Shown piece after piece: positions 38,847-47,048 of a stretch of 47,048 nucleotides of DNA. Made by a program: the position numbers and the translations under genes. Where the stretch lies: the sequence record DRR723986_4087; one strand, 5' to 3'. The notes under the pieces were generated by a model. That model worked only from the letters and a program-made list of their open reading frames with translations. It did not search any database and was not told the origin of the DNA. Position 1 is the stretch's first letter; each line of letters starts with the position of its first letter.

Positions 38847-38876
38847 AAAACGGTCGCGCCCTTTTTGGCACGACCG
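38847..38876 (-). terminator. Probable terminator of the nucleotidase gene
   Basis: Minus strand reads CGGTCGTGCC-AAAAAG-GGCGCGACCG followed by TTTT. Confidence 0.6.
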
Positions 38877-38901
38877 CTGTTCTAACGTTCAAAGAATACG
38901 C

Positions 38902-40479
38902 TTATTTCTGGACGATACGACCGTCCACATAGGGTTGATAAGGGGCATGTTCCGCTAAATACTCGGCTGTGACATCCGCCAGATCCGGACCAAAGTCATA
39001 GGCGTTTTTGTCATCGCCCGCGAACATTTTGAAACCATCGCCACCGTTGCGCACATAATCATTGGTGACAACCATATAGGTCTGCGCCAAATCAATCGGC
39101 ACATAGCCGTCTTCGCTGGCCACCATGACGTCAGATACGCGCCCTTCGTTCGGAGCAACGGATTGATCCCATGCAAAGCTCAGACCTGCCACCTGTGGAA
39201 ATCGGCCTTTGGATTCTTCGACCTGGCTCACGCCATTTTCCAGCGCTTCAACGATCACCTTGCCGCTGACTTCAAACGTCGAGAGCGTATTTTGGAACGG
39301 CAATACGGTCAGCACCTCGCCCATGGTGACATCACCCGCATCAATCGACGCGCGAATGCCGCCTGAATTGGCGATTGCGATGGTCACGCCCTGATCCGCC
39401 ACGCGCTCTAACATCGCGTCGGCGACCAGATTGCCCATCTGACATTCCACCGCACGACAGACGGCGCGGTCCCCTTCAATTGCTGTGGCGGCGCTGGCAA
39501 CGATCTTGTTGCGGATTTCATCCAAGGGCTTGGCCAATTCAGCGATGCGAGCAACGGTGTCGTCATCCTCGGAGACCGTGCCATCCATGACGAGAGGTTC
39601 ACCAGATGCCGCCGTCACGTTGCCGTCATCGTCAAACGTCACATTCAATTCGCCCAGAAACTTGCCATACGCATAGGCCTGAACAATCTGCACGTCGTTC
39701 ACGACCGTTGGGTATGGCCCCACTGCTTTTTCAGCGACGTTGGACAAATAGGTGTTGGAATGCCCGCCGACGATCACATCAACACCTGTGGTTCCGGCAG
39801 CGACCCGTTGGTCCACCGCATATCCCGAGTGGCTGAGCACAATGATCTTGTTCACCCCCTCAGCCGTCAACCTGTCCACTTCGCCTTGTACCGCAGCGAT
39901 TGGATCACCAAAGGTGATATTGGGCCCCGGTGAAGCCAATTCATGCGTGTCTTCGGGGGTGAGACCAATCAGACCGATCTTTTCGCCGCCCTTTTCGATC
40001 ACCGTCGATTTCTTGAGCGTATCCGCGAGCTGAGGTTCCTGGCTGACGTCCGCATTGGACATCAGAACCGGAAACCCAACCGCATCCATAAACCCGCGCA
40101 GGACTTCGGGGCCGTCGTCAAACTCGTGGTTGCCGACGGTCATCCCATCGTAGCCGAGCTTGTTCATCATTTCGGCCGCCATCTTGCCCTTGTAGTAGGT
40201 GTAGAACAATGAGCCCTGAAATTGGTCACCGCCGTCCACAAGTACGGAATTTCCGGCCCGGGCCCGTGCGTCTGCAATGGCTGTTACCAAGCGCGCCGAT
40301 CCACCAAAACATTTGCCCTCGGCATTGTCGCCATCCCGGCAACCGCTGTCGTATTTGCTGATCGGTTCAAATCGTGCGTGAAAATCATTGGTGTGCAAAA
40401 TGGTTAGCTTATATTCAGCCGCCGCCATGCCAGCCGTCAGGCCCAACGCAGCAACCGAAGTTAGAAATCGGGTCAACAT
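38902..40479 (-). CDS. Periplasmic bifunctional metallophosphatase/5'-nucleotidase
   Basis: Signal peptide; HTNDFH, DGGD, GNHEFD, GGHSN, NSGGIR and PFQN motifs. Confidence 0.93.
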   Translation of the reverse strand: MLTRFLTSVAALGLTAGMAAAEYKLTILHTNDFHARFEPISKYDSGCRDGDNAEGKCFGGSARLVTAIADARARAGNSVLVDGGDQFQGSLFYTYYKGKMAAEMMNKLGYDGMTVGNHEFDDGPEVLRGFMDAVGFPVLMSNADVSQEPQLADTLKKSTVIEKGGEKIGLIGLTPEDTHELASPGPNITFGDPIAAVQGEVDRLTAEGVNKIIVLSHSGYAVDQRVAAGTTGVDVIVGGHSNTYLSNVAEKAVGPYPTVVNDVQIVQAYAYGKFLGELNVTFDDDGNVTAASGEPLVMDGTVSEDDDTVARIAELAKPLDEIRNKIVASAATAIEGDRAVCRAVECQMGNLVADAMLERVADQGVTIAIANSGGIRASIDAGDVTMGEVLTVLPFQNTLSTFEVSGKVIVEALENGVSQVEESKGRFPQVAGLSFAWDQSVAPNEGRVSDVMVASEDGYVPIDLAQTYMVVTNDYVRNGGDGFKMFAGDDKNAYDFGPDLADVTAEYLAEHAPYQPYVDGRIVQK

Positions 40480-40620
40480 GTTAACTCTCCCAGTTGTTTC
40501 TTTTTTCCTAGATCGTGCGCCGCCAAGCCTGCGGAGTCAAAGGTCCTGTCAAGCGACGTAGGGGGAATTGGGGATGGATTGGCGCTTGATTCCCCTGCCC
40601 GGCCAAGGCATCACCGCCAT

Positions 40621-40959
40621 ATGCTGATCTATAAAATCTTTCGCGCGGACGAATGGGCCGCGCTGCAGGCCGAGGGCGAAACCAGCGGGGCTCCGATTGA
40701 TCTGAGCGACGGGTTTGTTCATTTTTCAACTGCGACGCAGGCTGCGGAAACTGCTGCCAAGCATTTCGCTGGCGTCACAGGATTAACCCTGTTGGCCTGC
40801 GAAGGTGATTCAATGGGTGATGACCTGAAATGGGAAGTGTCCCGTGGAGGGGCGGAATTTCCGCACCTTTACCGCGTGTTGCGCATGTCAGATGTGCTAT
40901 GGGCGAAAGACTTGCCATTTGTAGATGGCATGCACCAGTTTCCAGAGGACATGGTATGA
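40621..40959 (+). CDS. DUF952 family protein
   Basis: IYKI, DGFVHFST and WE.SRGG..FPHLY motifs; upstream of pyrD. Confidence 0.88.
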   Translation: MLIYKIFRADEWAALQAEGETSGAPIDLSDGFVHFSTATQAAETAAKHFAGVTGLTLLACEGDSMGDDLKWEVSRGGAEFPHLYRVLRMSDVLWAKDLPFVDGMHQFPEDMV

Positions 40960-41387
40960 CCCGCTACATCGATCCGGATCGCGCCCAATTCGAAGCTTTC
41001 AAAAACTTGGACCGGGATCATCCGATCGAGATGCTCAATCTGGTTCGGTTCAAAGACACTGCGACCTATCCAGAGGGCCACGCCTTGGCGGGTCAAAAAT
41101 TGAGCGGCGCACAAGCCTATGCGAACTATGGGGCGGAAACCGGTCCGATTTTCGCGAACCTAGGCGGTAAGATCATCTGGCGTGGCGGGTTTGAAACAAC
41201 CTTGATCGGACCCGGCGACGAGGCATGGGACCAAGTGTTTGTAGCACGTTACCCTGACGCGCATGCCTTTCTCGCCATGGTCAGCGACCCAGACTATCAA
41301 AAAGCAGTTGTTCATCGCCAAGCCGCCGTTGAAACGTCGCGCCTGATCCGGTGCGGCGCGACTGAAACCGGGGGGACATTCGGATGA
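40956..41387 (+). CDS. DUF1330 family protein
   Basis: ATGA coupling; MLNLVRF, WD....RYP and HRQAAV motifs. Confidence 0.8.
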   Translation: MTRYIDPDRAQFEAFKNLDRDHPIEMLNLVRFKDTATYPEGHALAGQKLSGAQAYANYGAETGPIFANLGGKIIWRGGFETTLIGPGDEAWDQVFVARYPDAHAFLAMVSDPDYQKAVVHRQAAVETSRLIRCGATETGGTFG

Positions 41388-42442
41388 ACCTGACAGAACG
41401 ACTGGGCCTTGCTGCCCTGCACAAAGTTGATCCAGAGACAGCTCATAGTCTGTCAATCAAGGCGCTAAAATCTGGTTTGACGCCCACACCCGGCCCCGTG
41501 ACATCAGATCGTTTGCGCACAACTGTTGCGGGTTTGGAATTGCCAAATCCGGTTGGTCTAGCCGCTGGGTTTGACAAAAACGCCGAGGCGCTTGCGCCGC
41601 TTTCGCAATCTGGATTCGGGTTCATTGAGGTCGGTGCCGCAACCCCGCGCCCGCAACCCGGCAACCCAAAACCGCGCCTATTTCGCCTGACCGAAGACAA
41701 GGCTGCGATCAACCGGTTCGGGTTCAATAACGAAGGCATGGAGGCCATAGGTGCCCGTCTAGCACAGCGCCCAAATAACGCCGTGATCGGCCTGAACTTG
41801 GGGGCCAACAAAGACAGCACAGATCGCCCCGCCGATTTCGCACGTGTTCTGGCGCATTGCGCCGCGCATTTGGATTTTGCGACCGTTAACGTGTCATCAC
41901 CCAACACAGAAAAGCTGCGTGATTTGCAGGGTAAGGCCGCTTTGACGGCCCTGCTGGCTGGGGTTATCGAAACGCGGGATGCATTGCCACGCGCCCTGCC
42001 CGTCTTTCTAAAAATCGCGCCTGATCTGACCGACGAAGAGTTGGTCGATATTGCAGATGTTGCCCGTGATACAGGGGTGGATGCGGTCATCGCGACCAAC
42101 ACAACCCTATCGCGTGACGGCTTGCAAAGCCGCCACCGGGATCAGGCTGGTGGGCTTTCTGGTGCGCCGTTGTTTGAAAAATCGACCCGCGTCGTTGCAC
42201 GCCTGAGCAAGCTACTGGATGGCGATGTGCCTTTGATCGGTGTTGGTGGGATCAGCTCCCCCGATCAGGCCTATGCCAAGATCTGCGCTGGGGCGTCAGC
42301 GGTTCAGCTTTATACTGCTATGGTGTTTGGTGGTCTGTCCCTTGCTGCGGATATTGCGCGCGGTCTGGACACACTGTTGGAACGCGACGGATTTGGATCG
42401 GTTGCAGAGGCTGTCGGTAGCAAACGCGAGGATTGGCTGTGA
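41384..42442 (+). CDS. pyrD: Quinone-dependent dihydroorotate dehydrogenase
   Basis: [29 protein letters not shown] and GGLSG motifs. Confidence 0.97.
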   Translation: MNLTERLGLAALHKVDPETAHSLSIKALKSGLTPTPGPVTSDRLRTTVAGLELPNPVGLAAGFDKNAEALAPLSQSGFGFIEVGAATPRPQPGNPKPRLFRLTEDKAAINRFGFNNEGMEAIGARLAQRPNNAVIGLNLGANKDSTDRPADFARVLAHCAAHLDFATVNVSSPNTEKLRDLQGKAALTALLAGVIETRDALPRALPVFLKIAPDLTDEELVDIADVARDTGVDAVIATNTTLSRDGLQSRHRDQAGGLSGAPLFEKSTRVVARLSKLLDGDVPLIGVGGISSPDQAYAKICAGASAVQLYTAMVFGGLSLAADIARGLDTLLERDGFGSVAEAVGSKREDWL

Positions 42443-42783
42443 TTGAATATTGGCACAATCCACGGTGTTCGAAATCACGGGCCGGTCTGGCTCTGCTGGA
42501 AGAGCATGGTGCGGAGGTAACAGTCCGCAAATATCTGGAGGATGGCCCGGATCTGGCGACACTGAACGCCATACGGATCGCGCTTGGGAATCCTCCGGTG
42601 AGCGACATGATGCGAACCAAAGATGCGATTTTCAAAGAGTTGGGTCTGAGCAAAACAGATGCAGATGATACATTGCTTACTGCTATGGCGGAACACCCTG
42701 CCCTTATTGAGCGCCCAATTGCCATCAATGGGGATCGCGCCCGGATCGGGCGACCAACCGAAGCGCTGCTAGAGCTGCTTTAA
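42439..42783 (+). CDS. ArsC/Spx family reductase
   Basis: HNPRCSKSR and LIERPI motifs; GTG start overlaps the pyrD stop (TTG at 42433 is an alternative). Confidence 0.88.
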   Translation: MIEYWHNPRCSKSRAGLALLEEHGAEVTVRKYLEDGPDLATLNAIRIALGNPPVSDMMRTKDAIFKELGLSKTDADDTLLTAMAEHPALIERPIAINGDRARIGRPTEALLELL

Positions 42784-44102
42784 GCAGCGTTCACCCGTGC
42801 CTCTAAGGCCGGGTAGCGCAGGCCAAGTGTGATGCCGCGCGCGACAAAAGAAATCAACAAGGCCAACCACAAACCATGGTTGGCCAATGTTGGAACCAAG
42901 GCAGCGACCGCAACACAATAAACACCAAAGCTGATGACCATCATGTTGCGCATGTCACGCGTTGCAGTTGCGCCAATAAAGATCCCGTCGAGCATGAAGG
43001 CCGCCCAACCCACCAGTGGGGTTGCAATCAAGTAGGGCAAAAAGAGACGCGCAAACGCGCGCACATCTTCAGCGGTGGTCATGATATCGATGATCGCACC
43101 ACCCCAAATCGCGAACACGGCTGAAAGAAGGCCGGCCACAACAAGCCCCCAAAGGCTGCACATCCAAGCAGAGCGCCTGAGCACCGCCAATTGGCGCGCG
43201 CCCATGGCTTGGCCGACCAAAGCTTCGGCCCCAAAGGCAAAACCATCCATGGCATGGGCCGTGATCATCAAAAACTGCATCAGCACTTGATTGGCCGCCA
43301 GCGTGACGTCGCCAAACCCCGCACCAAACAGCATGAAAGACACGATCATCGCCTCTAACATCAGCGAGCGCACCATAATGTCCGCATTGACAGAAACCAT
43401 GTGTTTAAGACGCGCGGCATCAAACACTTGCCCCCAATGCCGCCAATCCGGCCGGGCAAACGTATCTCGGCAGAACCACAGCCCCAATGCAAGGCCGCTC
43501 CACTCTGCCAAGAACGTGGCAAACGCAACGCCGGAAACGCCCCAGCCCAACCCCAGCACGAACCAGAAATCCAGAGCGATGTTCAAGCCGTTCATCCACA
43601 ACTGAATGACAAGAACAGCGCGGGTGCGTTCTTGGGCAATCAGCCAGCCGGTGATGCCAAACATCGCAATGGCGGCAGGTGCGGACCAAATCCTGATCTG
43701 CATATAGTCACGGGTCAGATTTTCGACCTCGGCGCTTGCCGGGGATATCTGAAAAGCGGCCCAAAGTATCGGGATTTGCAAGGCGATGATCGCAACACCC
43801 GCGCTGCCACCAATCAACAGAGCACGGGTGAGCAAGGCGGCGACCTCGGCACGGTTGCCCGCCCCAAAGGCCTGACTGGTCAGACCCGTCGTTCCCATCC
43901 GCAAAAAGCCAAAGATCCAATAGACAGCCGACAAGACAATCGCACCAATGCCCACAGCCCCGATCGGGGCGGCAGCACCAAGCTGCCCCACCACGCCCGT
44001 ATCAACCGCCCCCAAGATGGGACCGGTTGCATTGGACAAGACAATGGGCACGGCAATGTACAACACGCGGCGGTGCGTTATCGGTGTCGGGGCAAGCGTC
44101 AC
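42780..44102 (-). CDS. MATE family efflux transporter (DinF-like)
   Basis: VDTGVVG, FLRMGTTG and NIALD motifs; highly hydrophobic. Confidence 0.92.
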   Translation of the reverse strand: MTLAPTPITHRRVLYIAVPIVLSNATGPILGAVDTGVVGQLGAAAPIGAVGIGAIVLSAVYWIFGFLRMGTTGLTSQAFGAGNRAEVAALLTRALLIGGSAGVAIIALQIPILWAAFQISPASAEVENLTRDYMQIRIWSAPAAIAMFGITGWLIAQERTRAVLVIQLWMNGLNIALDFWFVLGLGWGVSGVAFATFLAEWSGLALGLWFCRDTFARPDWRHWGQVFDAARLKHMVSVNADIMVRSLMLEAMIVSFMLFGAGFGDVTLAANQVLMQFLMITAHAMDGFAFGAEALVGQAMGARQLAVLRRSAWMCSLWGLVVAGLLSAVFAIWGGAIIDIMTTAEDVRAFARLFLPYLIATPLVGWAAFMLDGIFIGATATRDMRNMMVISFGVYCVAVAALVPTLANHGLWLALLISFVARGITLGLRYPALEARVNAA

Positions 44103-44109
44103 AACGAAA

Positions 44110-44631
44110 TCATTCCGTTTTGAGAGGTTTCACACTGGGCATCAGGAAGTGCCCGGTTGCCTGTGCGAACAGCTTGTCGTGATTGTCTTGCCAAGCTTCA
44201 ACCCGCACCGATGCATACCGCCGTCCTGACCGGCTGACGGTTGCACGCGCATAGGCGTCGCGCGGCAGGCCAGATCGCAGATAGTCCACGGTAAAATCAA
44301 TCGTTTTGGGGAAATCAGGCGCATCGCCGGTTTTCAGCTCTTCTGGGGTCAATTCCCCGGCTTCGATCAAGGGGTACAAATGCCACCAGCTGAGCGTGAT
44401 GATCGAGGTCACTTCGAGAAACGCGGCCGTGACGCCCCCGTGAAGGGCAGGCAAAAACGGATTTCCGATCAGTTTGTCGTCAAAGTTCAACACACCGGTC
44501 AGCTCATCCCCACGCCGATCAAACGTGATCCCTAGGAATTGAACGTATGGAATCCCTTGGACCAACGCGTTCAACGTTTCGTCGCGGCGTTTCTTGACCA
44601 CTTGCATCGGTTCGGGTTTGGAACGGGCCAT
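44110..44631 (-). CDS. PaaI family hotdog thioesterase
   Basis: LHGG...AFLE and TIDFTVDYLR motifs. Confidence 0.88.
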   Translation of the reverse strand: MARSKPEPMQVVKKRRDETLNALVQGIPYVQFLGITFDRRGDELTGVLNFDDKLIGNPFLPALHGGVTAAFLEVTSIITLSWWHLYPLIEAGELTPEELKTGDAPDFPKTIDFTVDYLRSGLPRDAYARATVSRSGRRYASVRVEAWQDNHDKLFAQATGHFLMPSVKPLKTE

Positions 44632-45050
44632 TAGCGGGACTCCACTGTGAATGCGCCCGTGGCTGTGGCGACGGGATTGTCTGTATCATCATCCGTGGCC
44701 GTTGCCCGGACAAAGGCAACATTTCGCGTAATGTGATAACACGTCGCCGTTGTAACAATGGCCTGTCCGGGCGTTGCGGCGCGCATGTAATCAATCCTCA
44801 GATCAATTGTCGCCGTTCCCGCAGGGGCTGCAGGGTGGCTCATGACAGCGGCGCCACAGCAGGTGTCCATCATCGCCGAAACCGCCCCCCCATGGATGAC
44901 ACCACTGCGCGGATCGCCCACCAGTTGATCGCTATAGGGCATTGAAATTGTTGCGATGCCGCCCTCGATATGAGTCAGTTCGAGGCCAAGCGCCTTTGCA
45001 TGGGGGATTGCCTGGATAAATTGTCGAGCCAATTTGACTTTGTCGATCAT
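44631..45050 (-). CDS. PaaI family hotdog thioesterase
   Basis: IHGG..SAMMD and TIDLRIDYMR motifs; TAATG coupling to the next gene. Confidence 0.88.
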   Translation of the reverse strand: MIDKVKLARQFIQAIPHAKALGLELTHIEGGIATISMPYSDQLVGDPRSGVIHGGAVSAMMDTCCGAAVMSHPAAPAGTATIDLRIDYMRAATPGQAIVTTATCYHITRNVAFVRATATDDDTDNPVATATGAFTVESR

Positions 45051-45165
45051 ACGCCGGGTCCTACCTTGGGATTGCTCCTTTATGACCAGCCATTCAACAA
45101 AAGGGCAAGCCCACCTGTTGCGCTTGACGGAACGACGCCATAGGTTGCGCGCAAGGAGATTGCTA

Positions 45166-45549
45166 ATGTCTGACACACGCCTGTCATTCAAGGAGATGTG
45201 CGCGGAATTTGACGTCACGCCGCGCACGCTTCGGTATTATGAATACATCGAGCTTTTGCAACCAGATCGCGAAGGCCGGTCTCGCTATTATGGCGCGCGC
45301 GAACGTGCCCGGATGAAATTGATCATGCGGGGGCGGCGATTCGGGTTTCCGCTGGAAGAGATTCGCCAGTGGCTGCTGATCTATGAACACGAAGGCAACC
45401 TTGCCCAAATGGAAGCATTTGTGCGCAATGCTGAGGTTCAACTGAGCGAGCTGGAATCCCAAAAACAGCAGCTCGAAGAAGCTATGAATGAGCTCATACA
45501 GCTTCGTGAAGAAACCAAGCACGATTTGGCAGCGGGTAAGATTTCTTGA
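45166..45549 (+). CDS. MerR family regulator (LiuR-like paralogue)
   Basis: [19 protein letters not shown] and LIMRGRRFGF.LEEI motifs. Confidence 0.9.
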   Translation: MSDTRLSFKEMCAEFDVTPRTLRYYEYIELLQPDREGRSRYYGARERARMKLIMRGRRFGFPLEEIRQWLLIYEHEGNLAQMEAFVRNAEVQLSELESQKQQLEEAMNELIQLREETKHDLAAGKIS

Positions 45550-45699
45550 AACTGCGGCGGCTTTCCCACCGCTGATCATCAGTGCACATTGTAGTGAGCC
45601 CTCGCTAAGCCAATTGTAACGCGACCGCTGCCGGGCCATTCTACCGTGGCAGCGGACTCTTTCTTGTAAGCTGCCAAGATCACGAGATCAGGAGCTAAC

Positions 45700-45891
45700 A
45701 TGAGACTTTCCCACATTGTGATTGTGTTAAGTGCGGCTGTTGCATTGTCAGCCTGTGACACGGGGCCGAACGGATATGGGACAGCACCGGCAGGTGTTTC
45801 GCAATCAGATTGGGACGCCAAAGTCGCAGCAGACCGTGACGCCCGGCGTCGCTATTACTCTGGCCCGCGCGGCGGTCATTCAGGCCGCTAG
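45700..45891 (+). CDS. Small lipoprotein, function unknown
   Basis: AGGAG SD; signal peptide with lipobox LSAC; 63 aa. Confidence 0.7.
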   Translation: MRLSHIVIVLSAAVALSACDTGPNGYGTAPAGVSQSDWDAKVAADRDARRRYYSGPRGGHSGR

Positions 45892-45970
45892 ATGAAAGAC
45901 CCGTGCAGACGCCCCCCTAAGAACATTCATTCGGGGCGAAATTTTCTTGCGTGGAATATGAGTTTTTCCG

Positions 45971-46025
45971 TTTGATCTTACGTCAGGAATTTCGTGACGC
46001 AGCGTTCGGCTTACGCGAACGTCAA
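45971..46025 (+). promoter_or_regulatory. Tandem LiuR-type operator candidates
   Basis: CTTACGCGAACGTCAA (46010-46025) and TTGATCTTACGTCA (45972-45985) resemble the LiuR palindrome TTTACGTWWACGTAAA. Confidence 0.65.
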
Positions 46026-46093
46026 CCAATGTTGTAAATTGAAAATCGAGACAACACCTCACCTACATGACGCATGTGATGAGAGTTCGAAAC

Positions 46094-46495
46094 ATGACTG
46101 ATGACACAATGACAATCCGCGAGATGTGCGACGCATATGATGTGACGCCGCGCACCCTGCGGTTTTACGAATCCAAGGAACTTTTGTTCCCATTTCGTGA
46201 GGGCCAAAAGCGCCTGTTCACGAAACGCGACCGTGCACGGTTAAAATTGATCCTGCGGGGCAAGCGATTTGGCTTTAGCCTCGAGCAAATTCGACAGCTC
46301 CTGGATCTATACAACACCGATGACCAGCAATTGACCCAGTATTCACGCACCTATGAAATTGCGCGTGAACGGCTGGCCGACATGGTTTCGCAACGTGATG
46401 AGCTCACTCAGGCGATCGAAGACCTGAAAGAGCAGCTCAAATGGGGCGAAAACATAATCGCCTCGATGGAAAAAACCGAAAAGGCTGCTGAATAA
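46094..46495 (+). CDS. liuR: MerR family regulator, LiuR type
   Basis: [11 protein letters not shown] and [17 protein letters not shown] motifs; LiuR-like boxes upstream; acyl-CoA dehydrogenase downstream. Confidence 0.8.
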   Translation: MTDDTMTIREMCDAYDVTPRTLRFYESKELLFPFREGQKRLFTKRDRARLKLILRGKRFGFSLEQIRQLLDLYNTDDQQLTQYSRTYEIARERLADMVSQRDELTQAIEDLKEQLKWGENIIASMEKTEKAAE

Positions 46496-46538
46496 GCGGC
46501 CTCCTCTCCTCTTCACCAAAATTTCAGGGATCCTCTTC

Positions 46539-47048
46539 ATGCCCATTTACAATGCCCCGACAAAAGACACTCAGTTCTTGCTGCACGATGTTCTCAAAAT
46601 CTCCCAATCGGATATCCCGGGATACAACGAGCTAGACGCAGATTTCACCGGCGCCATTCTCGAAGAAGCGGGTAAGATCAGCTCCAATGTTCTGCATCCG
46701 CTGAATGTCGTCGGAGACACCGAAGGGTGCCGTCTCGAAAATGGCGTCGTTCGCACTCCGACTGGCTTTAAAGAGGCATTCGAAGAGGTCAAAGCAGGCG
46801 GTTGGACCGGTCTGGACATGCCCGAAGAATTTGGCGGTCAGAATATGCCGTATGTGATGGGTACAGCGGTTGGAGAGATGTTCTCGGCATCGAACAGCGC
46901 ATTCACCATGTATCAGGGTCTTACCCACGGTGCTGCTTCGGCCATTCTGGCGCACGGCACCGACGAGCAGAAAAACACATACCTTCCCAAGATGGTCAGC
47001 TGTGACTGGACTGGCACAATGAACCTGACGGAACCGCATTGCGGCACC
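46539..47048 (+). CDS. Acyl-CoA dehydrogenase, 3'-truncated by the window edge (absent from the ORF track)
   Basis: Manual translation [10 protein letters not shown]...GGWTGL..PEEFGGQ...[23 protein letters not shown]. Confidence 0.93.
   Translation, partial: MPIYNAPTKDTQFLLHDVLKISQSDIPGYNELDADFTGAILEEAGKISSNVLHPLNVVGDTEGCRLENGVVRTPTGFKEAFEEVKAGGWTGLDMPEEFGGQNMPYVMGTAVGEMFSASNSAFTMYQGLTHGAASAILAHGTDEQKNTYLPKMVSCDWTGTMNLTEPHCGT

Noticed and set aside
38879-38890. GTTC-TAAC-GTTC upstream of the SRAP gene as an alphaproteobacterial LexA box
   Set aside because: The spacer is 4 nt rather than the required 7, and it lies beyond the terminator hairpin.
42439-42783. Arsenic-resistance operon
   Set aside because: Lone ArsC-family gene with no arsR, arsB or acr3 nearby.
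1-47048. CRISPR arrays, IS elements, prophage, tRNA/rRNA or defence islands
   Set aside because: No regularly spaced repeats, transposase or integrase motifs, cloverleafs or obvious compositional shifts were seen by eye.

Overview
Gene-dense chromosomal segment whose gene content and order suggest a Rhodobacteraceae (Roseobacter-group) alphaproteobacterium; the taxonomy is inferred, not looked up. No tRNA, rRNA, CRISPR array, transposase or prophage was seen. In order: (1) an aerobic cobalamin cluster cobW(partial)-N-G-H-I-J-[K on the opposite strand]-L-E-M-B-A-F; (2) a cobalamin riboswitch ahead of cbtBA, a His-rich exported protein and a DUF1636-like gene; (3) two divergent ThDP enzymes, a DUF302 protein and a CaiB/BaiF CoA-transferase; (4) a TTC38-like TPR gene followed by opgC-opgG-opgH; (5) an exported esterase and a rhodanese; (6) the pha/mrp cation/H+ antiporter operon running into an oxidoreductase-SelD fusion, convergent with selU/mnmH; (7) MarR, SRAP, 5'-nucleotidase, DUF952-DUF1330-pyrD-ArsC family, MATE, two PaaI thioesterases, two MerR/LiuR paralogues around a small lipoprotein, and a partial acyl-CoA dehydrogenase. 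The most notable structure is cobK: it lies antisense inside the cob operon and is spanned by a stop-free sense-strand ORF that overlaps cobJ at one end and cobL at the other. Product calls come from recognising motifs by eye; no database searches were run.
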